The notes beneath the pieces were generated by a model. The model was not told the origin of the DNA. It searched no databases and worked only from the letters and a program-made list of their open reading frames with translations. From Auanema rhodensis (lineage: Eukaryota; Animalia; Nematoda), in assembly GCA_964057225.1 (NCBI GenBank), contig OZ059894.1, positions 10,540,001-10,604,000 on the forward strand: a DNA stretch of 64,000 bases, in the 5' to 3' direction. Both the position numbers and the translations under genes were made by a program. Position 1 is the stretch's first letter; each line of letters begins with the position of its first letter. This document shows, in pieces, positions 1-11,441 of the stretch.

Positions 1-1002
1 TAGAAAATGCTTTACACGATCGAAAATGATTCAATTTTCTCTTTAAATATTCATAATACATCTAATTCATTCAATTAGATAAATGAGTAACTAGAGAAAT
101 TAGTCATATTGTAAAATATAAAATAAATTCTTAACTATATAACTAACCTTCTTATAGTTAAAGACAGTTTAACAGCTTGACCTAATGTTGAATGAATATC
201 TTTTCGTTCTAATGAATGTACAACAATTCTCCAAATTGAAAGAAGTCTAAGAAAAGTCTCATAATATGAAAATTAAAATTAATTATAATACCTATACATA
301 TGTGAATCTCCATATAGTATAATTGGAATTACACGACTGCTACCAGGTTCACCACAGAATGCCTAACCAATAGAATAATTATTATAATAAACTTATGTGA
401 TAAGCATACGCTGATAACAAGTTCTTGCTCAACTCCACGGTTTCTAAGAGCTACTTTAACTGTTGGATCTACTGATCGTAAAGCTAATACACGACGATTT
501 CCTTTCAAACCAGAAATTAATAAATTTCTTTGAAATTGTGTTGCAGATTCAGAATAGAATCGAATTGTTTGATGAACACACGACGGACGTTGATCCAATC
601 GTAAATCTAATATCGACACTGGCTCTCCGTTATCCCAACGACGGAATAACACCTGAAATCAAATATTAGAATATACGTGAAACATCTGCAATAGTCAATC
701 ATTTTCCATTTTTGTTTGAATTTCATAGAAAGAGCCCTTGTTTCATGTTCAAACTTACTTTTGTTTCATTTACATCATCATGTTTACTAATATTGAAATG
801 TTCGTATAGAAATGGAACGTATATTGACTCCATTGGCTTCAGAAAAACCTGAAAATTTGAAAAATGAATGGAATTTTTCAATTTTTAATGAAGTGATTGG
901 CAAAGTAAATCCGAAACAGTTGGTCTTTTAAATAGAAAAAGAAAGAATAGCTCAAGGAACGTGCGTAGGCATCAAACAACGTGCTTCCGTGGCGCAATAG
1001 GC

Positions 1003-1038
<36 letters not shown>

Positions 1039-4000
1039 GAGCCCACCCGGGAGCGAAATCTTTTGCATTTTGACATTACCTCGAAATTTCCATTTTTACT
1101 TGCATGAAACATATTTTTCTCCAACGGAGTTGTCAAAGAGTTTTGTTTCTTATAGAAAGACCATTCTTCCTCATCTATCACCACTCTACAATAACAAGTT
1201 TAACGAAGTTGACTTGGAAAATCAAACTTTAGTCCAGGATGATCAATGATTATAACACAATTGATAGGATCAGGGAATGTATTTTGAAGTAAATATTCAA
1301 AGAAATGACTTTCTCCTAAACTGACAACAAGATGATGTTGTAATGTTATACCTGTTAAATGAAATTAATTTTTAAACATAAAAGAAAAACTTTAAAATTA
1401 CCTTGAAAAACTGCTTGAAGAAGTTTAGCTGCTTTACTTTCATTTCTCAATTTTCGATATGCTTCTAATTGTTCATCAAAAATAAATTTTTTGAACATTT
1501 GCTGAAAGAAAAGACTAAATTAAAGTTTTGGAATAAGTTGAAAATACTTTCTGAGCTGTTAAAGGTATTGCTGATTTCAATCTCTCCCATTCACGTAAAC
1601 GATCGTGCATATCTTCATTAAAGATATTCTCATAACGTTGCTGTATATCCAACCTAATATCAATGAATTAAAGAAAATATTTGAAATTACAAAGAACCTT
1701 TGTGCATGCATAAAGCGTTGTAAAGCATCTTGATGTATAGGATTTAATGGTTTTGCCAATATTCGATAAGTATCCACAGATTCTTCACCGATTCTTCGTA
1801 ACCTTCTAGTAACTAGAGCCGTTGTTCGGCTATAAACCATGTCTAAACAAGTGCACAAGTAGAATTCAATCAAGAACATCAACAATCAAGTTTTATGTTT
1901 CTAACGATTAAGCAATAAAAATCATTTTTGACATGTTATATTTGCTTAAGAAACGCGCAGATTATATGTGAAACAAACTATATTTTGCCCCAATATGATG
2001 TGCTATCCGGATTTTTCGGCCGATATTTCATTCAATCAAGCTATCAAATATATTTTCTAAAATTAATGTTTGTGGTCAACATACACAAACAATTCCAATC
2101 GTTTCCGCATTTTCGTCGTATCAACATACGGAAGCATATGGAAAAAAAATTGGAAATGACAAGCAATCAGCTTTGAACCAGATATTGGTCAGCTGGAGTT
2201 TCATGGCTGGATTCCGTAATCTAGTTCGAAGCTCAACGGTATATAAGCTGAGCAATTCGACTAAGAAACATGCACATTTGCCTTCATTCCAATCTTGTAA
2301 ACCTTCCAATTTACCAACAATGACCATGCTTGCTAAGATTGTTCTAGCTACTGTATTCATTGGCCTTGCTTACTTTGGGCAGATCCAGGTAAAAATCATA
2401 TCATCTATCGTTCTTCATCTTTCCTTAAGGCTGTTCCAATCGGAGAACGTTCTGCTGACCCATCTACTGAGATTGCCCTCTTGGAACCATCTGACGGCAC
2501 TTCCCCAGCAACTACTGCTATTGATACTCTTGGAGAATCAAATACTCGTGTAAAGCGTCAGGGCGGAGGTGGCTGCGGATGCGGTTGTGGTTGTGGATGT
2601 GGATGCTGCTGTTGTAGACCAAGGTTTATCCTATTCACTTATGAACAATCAACAATTACATTCCTTCAGATGTTGTTGCTGCTGTACCCGCTGCTGTACT
2701 TGCTGCACAACTAGATGTTGCACATGCTGTCGCCCATGCTGCTGTGGTTGCGGATGTGGATGTGGATGTGGATGTGGAGGAGGAGGACGCAAGCGTCGTG
2801 CTCTTCAACAACTCCAAATCCGTTTGGCTGATAAGATTGAGAAGGGAAACAGGTAATCTAGCACCATGATCACAAGCAGTCAAAATTCATTCTTTAGCGA
2901 AAATAACGGAGAAAAATCAGTTGAAATCCCAAAGATGGAGAGTGTTGAGAATATTGGACAAGCCGAATCTATTGAAATACCTTCCACTGATTCTATTGAA
3001 GAGACTTCAACCGAATGGCCAGCTCCAGTCTTCGAGCTTGTAACTGAGAACTATGCTTAAACATCCCCCCCGGAACAACTTTTAAATATTTCCCTAATAT
3101 ATATATATATATAATTGTATATTAACAATATAATATTATTATTATTATTATTAAAATAGAATAAATGAACTTATTTAAGAAAATTTTCTTTTTTTTTAAA
3201 AGAAAACATACCAATTTGATTACTTGACGGATGGCCAATATTAGCAATTTTCAAATATAGTATAGCCATTTGATTCTTTTGATCAGAAATAGCAGAACAT
3301 ACAACTGGACATTGTATCATACATTGTACAGCTTCATTACCATTTCTTAATAAACACTGAAAATATTATATTTATATTTTTAATAATATATAAATATTAT
3401 AAATGAAACCTTTAAAGGAATACGAGCTGTTCCTTGAAGTATTAGAGATTGTGAATCCCAGACATCAATAACAAGATGTTCATTATGAAGATATGAAAGA
3501 AATTCATCAATACTTGAGAATTTAGATGATTGTCGATCAATTATATATTTAATCTTAAAATATTTACATATATATATATATAGTTTATTATTATATTTAT
3601 ATATTAGGTGTGCGCAAAAGTTTCTGGCCACCCACATTTAAATTCGAACAAATAATTTGAATTTGAAAATTAGCATAAACCAAATTCAAAATTATATTAG
3701 GTCCCGAACTAAGTCTTGCGCCCCCCCCCTAGTTTTTCGAATTTTTTCGAAAAATTAAAAAAAAATTAAAAATTATTTAAAATTAAGGAAATTTGAATAT
3801 TTTAAAACAATATTATCAAAGAAAAAATTTCAAAAAACAATTTTTTTTGTTTGAAAACGCTTCAGGACATGAAATGGACGGTTTTGAAGCATCCCCCATA
3901 CTCTCCAGACCTTGCTCCATCTGACTATCACTTATTCAGATCAATGGAGCATAGTTTAAGGGGTGAAAACTTCAAAACCTTAGAGGAAGTTGAAAATTTT

Positions 4001-7000
4001 GTTAAAAACTTTTTTGCATCTAAAAGTAAACTATTTTTCAGAAACAGAATTCGAAAGCTGAAAGAAAAGTGGGAGAAGGTTATTGCTTATTCAGATCGAT
4101 GGAGCATTTTTTGAAGGGTAAAACCTTTAGAAATAAAGAGGAGGTCGACGCCTTCTTAAAAAACTTTTTTCAATCAAAACCAAAGGTTTTTTTTCAAAAA
4201 AGGAATAAGAAAATTGCTTCAGAACTGGCAGAAAGCCTTGGAGAATGAGGGGAATTATTTTTAAAAGTTTCTGGGCACACGTTTTCAAAATATGAGGTGG
4301 GTGCGTGTGGGCGGGAGGAGGGCCAGAAACTTTTGCGCACACCTAATATAATAACTAACCAAAAAGCCAGGTGGAAGCTCATTTCCTGATTCACCATCAT
4401 TTTCTGTTAATCTACGAAGTATACTTGCTTCATTTGGATTACCACAATCAGATATAAGTAATCTAAATTTATTATTTTTATATAAAAAATAATTATTAAA
4501 TGTATTTTACTCTTCTGTTGTAATTTCTGAAAAACGATAGAATGTTAGTGTGAAGAATATTCGTCGTGGTGATGATGCATCTGGTCGATTTAAACTAAAA
4601 ATAATTCAAATAAATAATTATTTAAATATTAAACTTAACTATTTATAATATAAAAATTGGACAACTATTTCATTAATATCCAAACGATCATTCTCTTCAA
4701 CAGCTTGATTGAATGGTGCTAATGATCCAACATCAACTAATGTCGGAGCATCACCTTCTCTATCCAATACTTTCGCAAACTAAATTCAAATATTTTGTCA
4801 ATTCTTTATAATTTACAATATTTTTTAAAATTAAAGGAAAAGCATAAGTTGAAAAGGTTAACAAACCTTTTCATTTGCAGCAGAGGCCATCATCACGCGA
4901 TGCATATTAGAAACTCTGTAAATTATTCAAATAATTTATTAAAAAATTTGGAATGTTACTTAGACTCTCTCCAAGGTATATCAAAGATAATTGGAACATT
5001 ATCTCTTGGGCTAGATGATACAACATCATCATCTTCAAAGGCTTTCTCAATTGATTTAGAGAAATCTTGTGTTGTTTTAATGGCAGGTTTCTGAAAAATG
5101 AAATAACATATATATTTTTTGAAATTTATTATTACCTTTACAAGAATACTTGGAAGCTTTTCTTGGCTTAAAGGAATTGCTTTTGATATTGTTTTAGCTG
5201 ATAAAAGTTCTTTTTCAACTTCAATATTATCAGTAACATCAGTAGAAGGAATATGTTCATGATGGGGCAATGGTGTATCAATCTCCTCATCTCCTGGAAG
5301 ATTATTCAAATATTCACGGGACATAGCTAATCTTGAAGAATGACCAGATGCAGGATGTGAAATCTATAACATTTTGGAAAAATTAAATAATAAAAAATTA
5401 ATAGAAATACCGCATCATCTAATGCAAAATTGAAACGAATAAAAATCTTTGGAGCAGTTTCCGTGAGTACACTATCATCACGACGATACAGGTATGTTAG
5501 ATTCTCAAAACATAAGCTTTCTTCTGGATTTGGACGTGATCCACCAAGAAGACAAACTGAAAATAATTAATATGAGATGAAGAAAATGAAATAATATTCA
5601 CCATTCGCTTGTGTTTGTCCTTGTTGAAAAATAGATTTATCAGTAAATGGCTTCCATGCACCCCAACATATAATAATCGATTGTGTATGACTACTTATAT
5701 TATTCTAAAATATAATAAAATATATGAAATATATAATAAAATAAAATATAAAAATACATTTTTAGTTCGAACACCAAGTAGATAATCAAGAGCAAAAACA
5801 AGAGTAATACGTGGATCATCATATAAACATGGTACAGAAACTTTTGATCGTACAAATAAAGTATTTAATTCTGTTCTAAATTATATTTATTATTATAATT
5901 ATTATAATTATAAATTATAAAATACCGAATATCAGTAGAACTTCTACTTAATGGACGTCCTTTTCGTCTTAAAGAATGAGTACCTATGATATGTTCATCA
6001 ATAGATGATAGATGAACCATCATTGGTTCAAATAGAAATGTATATCCATTATGAACTCCAATCTAGAAATTTCTTTCTTTTTTAGAAAAAAAAAATATTG
6101 GAAAACTCTTCTTACTCGAAGACGGCGTTCTAATACACACATAGGTTCAGCTATATTTGTATTTTTTTTATTCTCCAAATTCATTCGTTCAGTATTAACC
6201 TCAAATATCAAATTAAAACTTAAAATATGTTTAAAGCTAGGTACTTCTTCCAGAATAAGTTGCTCTAAACGATCGGCATATGGTCCAAACGATAAGCCTA
6301 TCTCATTAAGCGTCGCTGGTACTTCAGGTAATGTTACGGGATTAGCTAATGTCAGCTTACCATCTAGAAAAAGAATAAACGAAGGTCAATCATAATTACT
6401 AGTCGTTTACTTGTATGTTGTAAGCCAGGAATCTCATCTTTATATCCAACAATACAGAAATCCGGAAAGAAATCAAAGGCTTCTGATAGATTAGGATGAC
6501 TATACAGCATGTATTCGATTGTTCCAGAAGTTGCAGCATCTGCTTCTAATCGAGTCATAAAGATAAGAACTTTAGGAGAACCAGGATGAAGGTGTAATCT
6601 AAAGAAATTTCATATATTCAATAACATATTCTGAATCTTTCTTACTTTTTTGCTTTCATATTATCAGGAGTTAAACCAAATAGTGGAATAGGTTCATTAG
6701 TAGCAAGTATAGAAATCATACCCCATGATATAGTTCTCAAATCAACTCTTAATAGAAGAATATGAAATAAACAAATTTTAAAATAAACAATACTTTGTAT
6801 TCTTCAAATCTTCAACTATTTCTAAAATTAAAAGAATATTGTCATCAACACGAGGACAATGAAAGAAGATAAGCTGAAAATCATAAAATAAACGAAAACA
6901 TCTCATTCAAACAAGCACCTCATTGAATGTGCATTCATGATGAACTGGCTTTATCCATTCTGAATGATATGGGCATCCAAACAGTTGAGCAGTTCTTGAA

Positions 7001-7222
7001 TCATAGAAATAAGCATTTATGCGATATTTAGCATCAGGATGCAGCTAAAATAAGTTGAAATTCATCAATTATATGATATAATAGGAGAAATACTTTAGTT
7101 AGATGTAATTTTTTCACAGATAAAGCAAAACCTTCAGTTGGAGTATTGAGAACGATCTCCCTTTTCAGAGGTATACTACGTTTAGCTAAGAAATGGCTGT
7201 ACCAATCGTTAACACTAGTCAT
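1..7222 (-). CDS. nphp-4: Nephrocystin-4 (ciliary transition zone protein), multi-exon, 3' end runs off the window
   Basis: ATG at 7222 gives MTSVNDWYSHFLAKRSIPLKR, close to the C. elegans NPHP-4 N-terminus as recalled. Internal exons read EFLSYLHNEHLVIDVWDSQSLILQGTARIPLK / CLLRNGNEAVQC...LYLKIANIG and VLFRRWDNGEPVSILDLRLDQRPSCVHQTIRFY...IWRIVVHSLERKDIHSTLGQAVKLSL, matching NPHP4 blocks. GT-AG introns throughout. Confidence 0.93.
983..1055 (+). tRNA. tRNA-Asn (GTT)
   Basis: 73-nt cloverleaf: GCTTCCG/CGGGAGC acceptor stem, TGGCGCAATAGG A-box, TTCGG-CTGTTAA-CCGAA anticodon arm, GGTTCGAGCC B-box, TTTT just downstream. Lies antisense in nphp-4 intron 849-1079. Confidence 0.97.
2240..2246 (+). 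promoter_or_regulatory. Candidate TATA box of the nested Cys-rich gene
   Basis: TATATAA about 80 bp upstream of ATG 2320; AATAAA at 3160-3165 follows the stop. Confidence 0.4.
2320..3060 (+). CDS. Secreted Cys/Gly-rich prepropeptide (4 exons: 2320-2388, 2430-2623, 2670-2852, 2898-3060)
   Basis: Signal peptide MLAKIVLATVFIGLAYFGQIQA, acidic propiece, RVKR, a 61-aa core with 30 Cys, GRKRR, acidic tail. Three GT-AG introns keep the frame. Nested antisense in nphp-4 intron ~1843-3211. Confidence 0.9.
3604..4346 (+). mobile_element. Internally deleted composite mariner element
   Basis: Perfect 26-bp TIRs TTAGGTGTGCGCAAAAGTTTCTGGCC (3604-3629 and 4321-4346) with TA on both sides. Contains the transposase motif HPPYSPDLAPSDYHLFRSM. 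Inside an nphp-4 intron. Confidence 0.93.
3851..4264 (+). pseudogene. Mariner transposase C-terminal remnants (two diverged copies in tandem)
   Basis: YSPDLAPSDY...LFRSMEHSLRGENFKTLEEV...WEKVI, then LFRSMEHFLKGKTFRNKEEVDAFL...(frameshift)...GIRKLLQNWQKALENEGNYF*. No N-terminal part. Confidence 0.88.
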
Positions 7223-7359
7223 AACTTAGAAGTATCTTACAAGAATTATCATAATCTGAAAAATAAAATTAAAATCAAACGAATAGTGCTTTAGTAATAT
7301 GTGTTTAGCACAAATATCAATAAGGTCAACCATCGAGGAATATAGCACGAGCATAGACG

Positions 7360-7387
7360 GTTGCCAAGCAACTTGCCAGATGGCAAC
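7360..7387. promoter_or_regulatory. X-box-like (RFX/DAF-19) elements upstream of nphp-4
   Basis: GTTGCCAAGCAAC (7360-7372) overlapping CTTGCCAGATGGCAAC (7372-7387), 140-165 bp upstream of the nphp-4 ATG. Confidence 0.65.
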
Positions 7388-7710
7388 AAACACATCATAC
7401 ACACACACAAGCCTTGTTCCTGTCGAATTAAAGCACACCTATAATTCAGGAATATAATGCAAAAGGAAATAAATGATCGTATTTGACTGACAAAACTTTT
7501 ATTTTCTTTCTTTTCATATCAGAAATATATTTACAACTTACAGTATAAAGAAGTAAGCAAATCAGTAGTCTCATTCCTTATTATTTTCAATAAAACGTAA
7601 AGTAAAGAGAGAAGTTATTAGAAAGTGAGAAAAAGGTACTCAGACTTTCAAAAATAAGTCATTGAATATATATGATTTGGTACAGAAGGTTAGAGACAAA
7701 GTGAAATAAA

Positions 7711-9092
7711 TTAAAAAATAAATGAACGATCTTCTTTTGATTTGAACATTATCGGTGACAGGCAGTTAGCTTCTTTAAGTACACTAGCTATTTTTTTTGC
7801 AGAAGATAATGGGGAAAATGATATTTTCTTCTTATGTGACAGTATATTTTCGGCAATTTTTAATTGGGTTATGGATGAAGGCGCTTCATTCTCATCTACT
7901 GACTTTTGCAATGGTGAGAAGTATTGGCTTGCAGTTGATTCAGGTGTATCATTCCATGTAAAAGCTACATCTTTGAATGTTTTAGTCTCAGCAGCAATCT
8001 TAGTTCTTGGTCCTGATGAATACTAGAAATATGGTGAAGTCAAGAAAGTCCATCGGATACATAAAACTTACGGTTGGTGAAAAAATTGAGGAATGGGATG
8101 CCCAAGATTTAGGCTTACATATAGGAGTAAAGTCAAATACAGGCGACTCAAACTGGAACAAATCGAAACATATGCCAAAAAATTGAAAGATGAACTCACA
8201 TCTCCTAATCTCTTTAGTTTATCCACAGCTCTGGGCAGAGGTCTAACTCCAGACAGACGAGCCCAATCATGAGCATTTTTCAAAGTATATTCTTCACTGA
8301 AATCCAAAATAGAGCCATCTAAAATTAAAACATTTTTAAAATATTTAGAAATCTTGCAGGATTACACTCATTTTCAAAAACTTCTTCGTCTTCATTGTTA
8401 TTTGGTTTTTGAATACTCTACAATCGATACATGAAAATACGATAAGCAGATCATTCAACTAACCATTTTTACTGATTTTTGATAAAGAGCTTCATAATCA
8501 TTCGAATTGTACAAGTCCATAATACGGGCAACTTCTTCGGCATCAGATGCGGAAGATCTTAAAGTTTCGTTTCTTCCTCCGAGCATGAACATCTTAAGTG
8601 ATCTTTTTCTAGGACTTTGATTCCCAGTAGTCATGATCAGCGACAATTCTCCTTTCATGCTTCAAAAATAAAATTTAAAAAATAATTTTGGAAAGAAGGT
8701 ACTTACTGCTTTTGCTTAGCAGCACGACATCTTAAATTTTTCTTTCCTCTACGTGATTCACGTAATTGATGATTATAAAGATCATTTCTCTTTTTCTTTT
8801 TCTTAGATTCCTTTAAAATGAGGTTATTTTCGAATATGGTCGAAGAAAAAGGATCAACCTTATTCATTTTAGCCTTCATAACTGAATCCGGTAAAAGTTC
8901 AGAAGCAGATAGAACACTATCGCAAGACTGAATAGTAGCATTCACAGTCATCTACATAAAAAATTCCGAATTATATACAAATAACGGTAAATAATTATAA
9001 CCCACGTCTATTTTAGTATTTTCAAGATCGGTATCTCTACGGATCCAGCTAAACAAGCCCAGCATTGCGCTTAATCCACCAATAAATATCAT
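7711..9092 (-). CDS. Uncharacterised Ser/Lys-rich protein, multi-exon
   Basis: Exons splice in frame: MIFIGGLSAMLGLFSWIRRD.../...KESKKKKKRND.../MKGELSLIMTT.../...AHDWARLSGVRPLPRAV.../FESPVFDFTP.../...KEDRSFIF*. No family recognised; start codon uncertain. Confidence 0.7.
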
Positions 9093-9785
9093 GAGAATAG
9101 ACTGAATCTTAACTCCTCTATTGATTTACCGCTTATTTTTGATCTACGCTCACCATATTCGCTAAAGATGGAATATTGTATTGTACTTGTAGATATATTT
9201 ATGTTGAAATAGTGATCAAAACAAAAGAAACTTATCCAAATTTAAATTGTGAAATGACTGTTGTTATTTACTTGTCATTGAAAATATATACTTGGATATT
9301 TTTGAAACTTCTGATATTTCTGCATTCTTTAGCATATTCGATTTATTTTATCTTTTCGCTTCAATAACTGTTTCTGCTTCACAAATCTTAGCAGCCCTCT
9401 ATTAATGACGTCAAGTCTTTTCATTTTTTTTATTTCAGTTCGGTTTGGAACGGTTGTATGAATACCCAAAATATTCATTTCTAACTGCTATAATGTTTTA
9501 AATAATTTAATATTATTCAAAGTATATAAAAATATAAAAGTTTTTATAACACAAAGTTCCTATTTTCTAATAGCTGATGGAGGCTGTGCTAGCCATTATT
9601 TAAACTGAAAAAGTACGCAATGGAGGATGTAATTTCATATTGTTCATTCTTCGAATATAGCTAATGCCTTATTTAAAATTTTTCATCGTAAACCTTTTAA
9701 CTATTTATTTTATATTCATTATAACTTTTTACATGTATATAAATGCAAATTATATTATTTTAAAATTATTCCAGACTTATAGAAA

Positions 9786-10862
9786 ATGGCTCGTAATGCG
9801 GAAAAGGCTATGACGGCGTTGGCCCGATGGCGCCGAATGAAGGAAGAAGAAGAAAGAGTTAGAACACTTGAATTTTTCTTCAAATAATTTATATATTTAG
9901 GGACCTATAGCCAAAAGACCTCTAGATGTTAAACAATGTGCCAAGTTAACTGATGCAGAAAGGTTCAGAAGAGAAGTAAGGATCTTATTCGAAGTTCTTT
10001 ATAAATGATGTTGTTAAGATTGCCAGAGATATTTCTAAAAAGATCGCCTTAATTCAAAATCCTGGTCTTGGAGAATTCAAGATAAGGGATATGAACGATG
10101 AAATTAACAAATTACTCAGAGTAAAAAACCAATGGGAAATGCGAATAATGGAATTGGGTGGTCAAGATTATAGGTATTTCATTGTGTGAGCTTTCTTCGA
10201 CAATTTAGTTTTGCAGGAAATATCGACCTAGGGAGCTAGACAAAGATGGAAGGGAAGTATCCACGGACAAAGGATATAAATATTTTGGAGCTGCAAAGGA
10301 TTTACCTGGTGTTCGAGAATTGTTTGAACAGTCGAAAGAATTAGAAGTAGGGATAAGTAGTTCAAAACAGTTATTCATAAAGTATTTTAAAGAAAATGAA
10401 GCAAACTAGAGGGGATCTAATGAAACATGTTGATGCAGACTATTATGGTTATTTGGATGATGACGACGGGTTGATATTACCTCTTGAAAAAGAGCAGGAA
10501 GTTCGTGCTATCCAACTTGCCAAAGAGGTATTGAACAAATTACGAGAATAGTAAAAATTGGTTTTCTTCGTAGAATTTCCTGAAAAATGGAGGAGAGAGA
10601 CTAATTAAAGAGTTTGGCGACGACGATGATGATGATATTTACAAAGTGAAAGATTCTGATGATGAGGATATTGATACCAAGGAATCTGTAGTAGTCGGTG
10701 AAGACGGAAGAAACATGACTATACGTCATGTGATGGTAAACTTAATATTTTTAATATATATTTCTTATTATGTTTATTTATCAGGTTCCAAGCCAAAAGG
10801 ACATTGAAGAAATGATTTTGGATCGGAAGAAGCAAGCTCTGTTGGAGAAATATCTCACTTAA
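9786..10862 (+). CDS. isy-1: Pre-mRNA splicing factor ISY1
   Basis: MARNAEKAMTALARWRR, IQNPGLGEFKIRDMNDEINKLLR, GYKYFGAAKDLPGVRELF, YYGYLDDDDG, VPSQKDIEEMILDRKKQALLEKY; short GT-AG introns. Confidence 0.96.
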
Positions 10863-10991
10863 TCCGAGAAAACAAGGTTTTTTCTTTGCACTTTTGTAAC
10901 TTTCTTCTGTGGCATCATGTCGCCGGTCTCATTTTAACTTGTTATTGTTATTTATCTGTTTCATACAGGTTGTATACAACAAATGAAAAAT

Positions 10992-11441
10992 CTACATTAA
11001 GTTAAGCATAATCATGGCACATAAAATGTACGTTGAAAAGACGATGGGCGATAAATTGCAAAAATCATAATCTGAGCATAGGCAGGTTTTCTTTCCTGTT
11101 GTTAAATCTGTTCTACAACCCTCTGGGTGATGTAAATGTATAAGAGAATCATGTGGTAGGCACGTAGTAGCTATTGATAGATGACGAGTTGGATGAGGTC
11201 TGTAATATCTTCAATGTACTTATTGTTTTTGAATTAAGTCTATACCCTTGAATCCGTAAGCAAGCTGCTCCTTCACAGATACCACATTCGTGATCACAGT
11301 CTGTTCCGTCTACACACCATAAAGATAAACCTAAATTTAAAAATTTCTAATTAGCCGAGGAAAAACTTCAAAAAAAATAAGAAAAATTTTAAACTCACTT
11401 TCAGGGATAGAGAATACCAATAGAAAGAACAAGAGGATCAT
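10992..11441 (-). CDS. Ly6/LU (three-finger)-type Cys-rich surface protein, probably GPI-anchored (3 exons)
   Basis: Signal peptide MILLFFLLVFSIPESLS, then LWCVDGTDCDHECGICEGAAC...TTCLP...EGC...TCLCSDYDFCN and a hydrophobic tail (IVFSTYILCAMIMLNLM*). The terminal C..CN motif is typical of LU domains. Confidence 0.75.
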
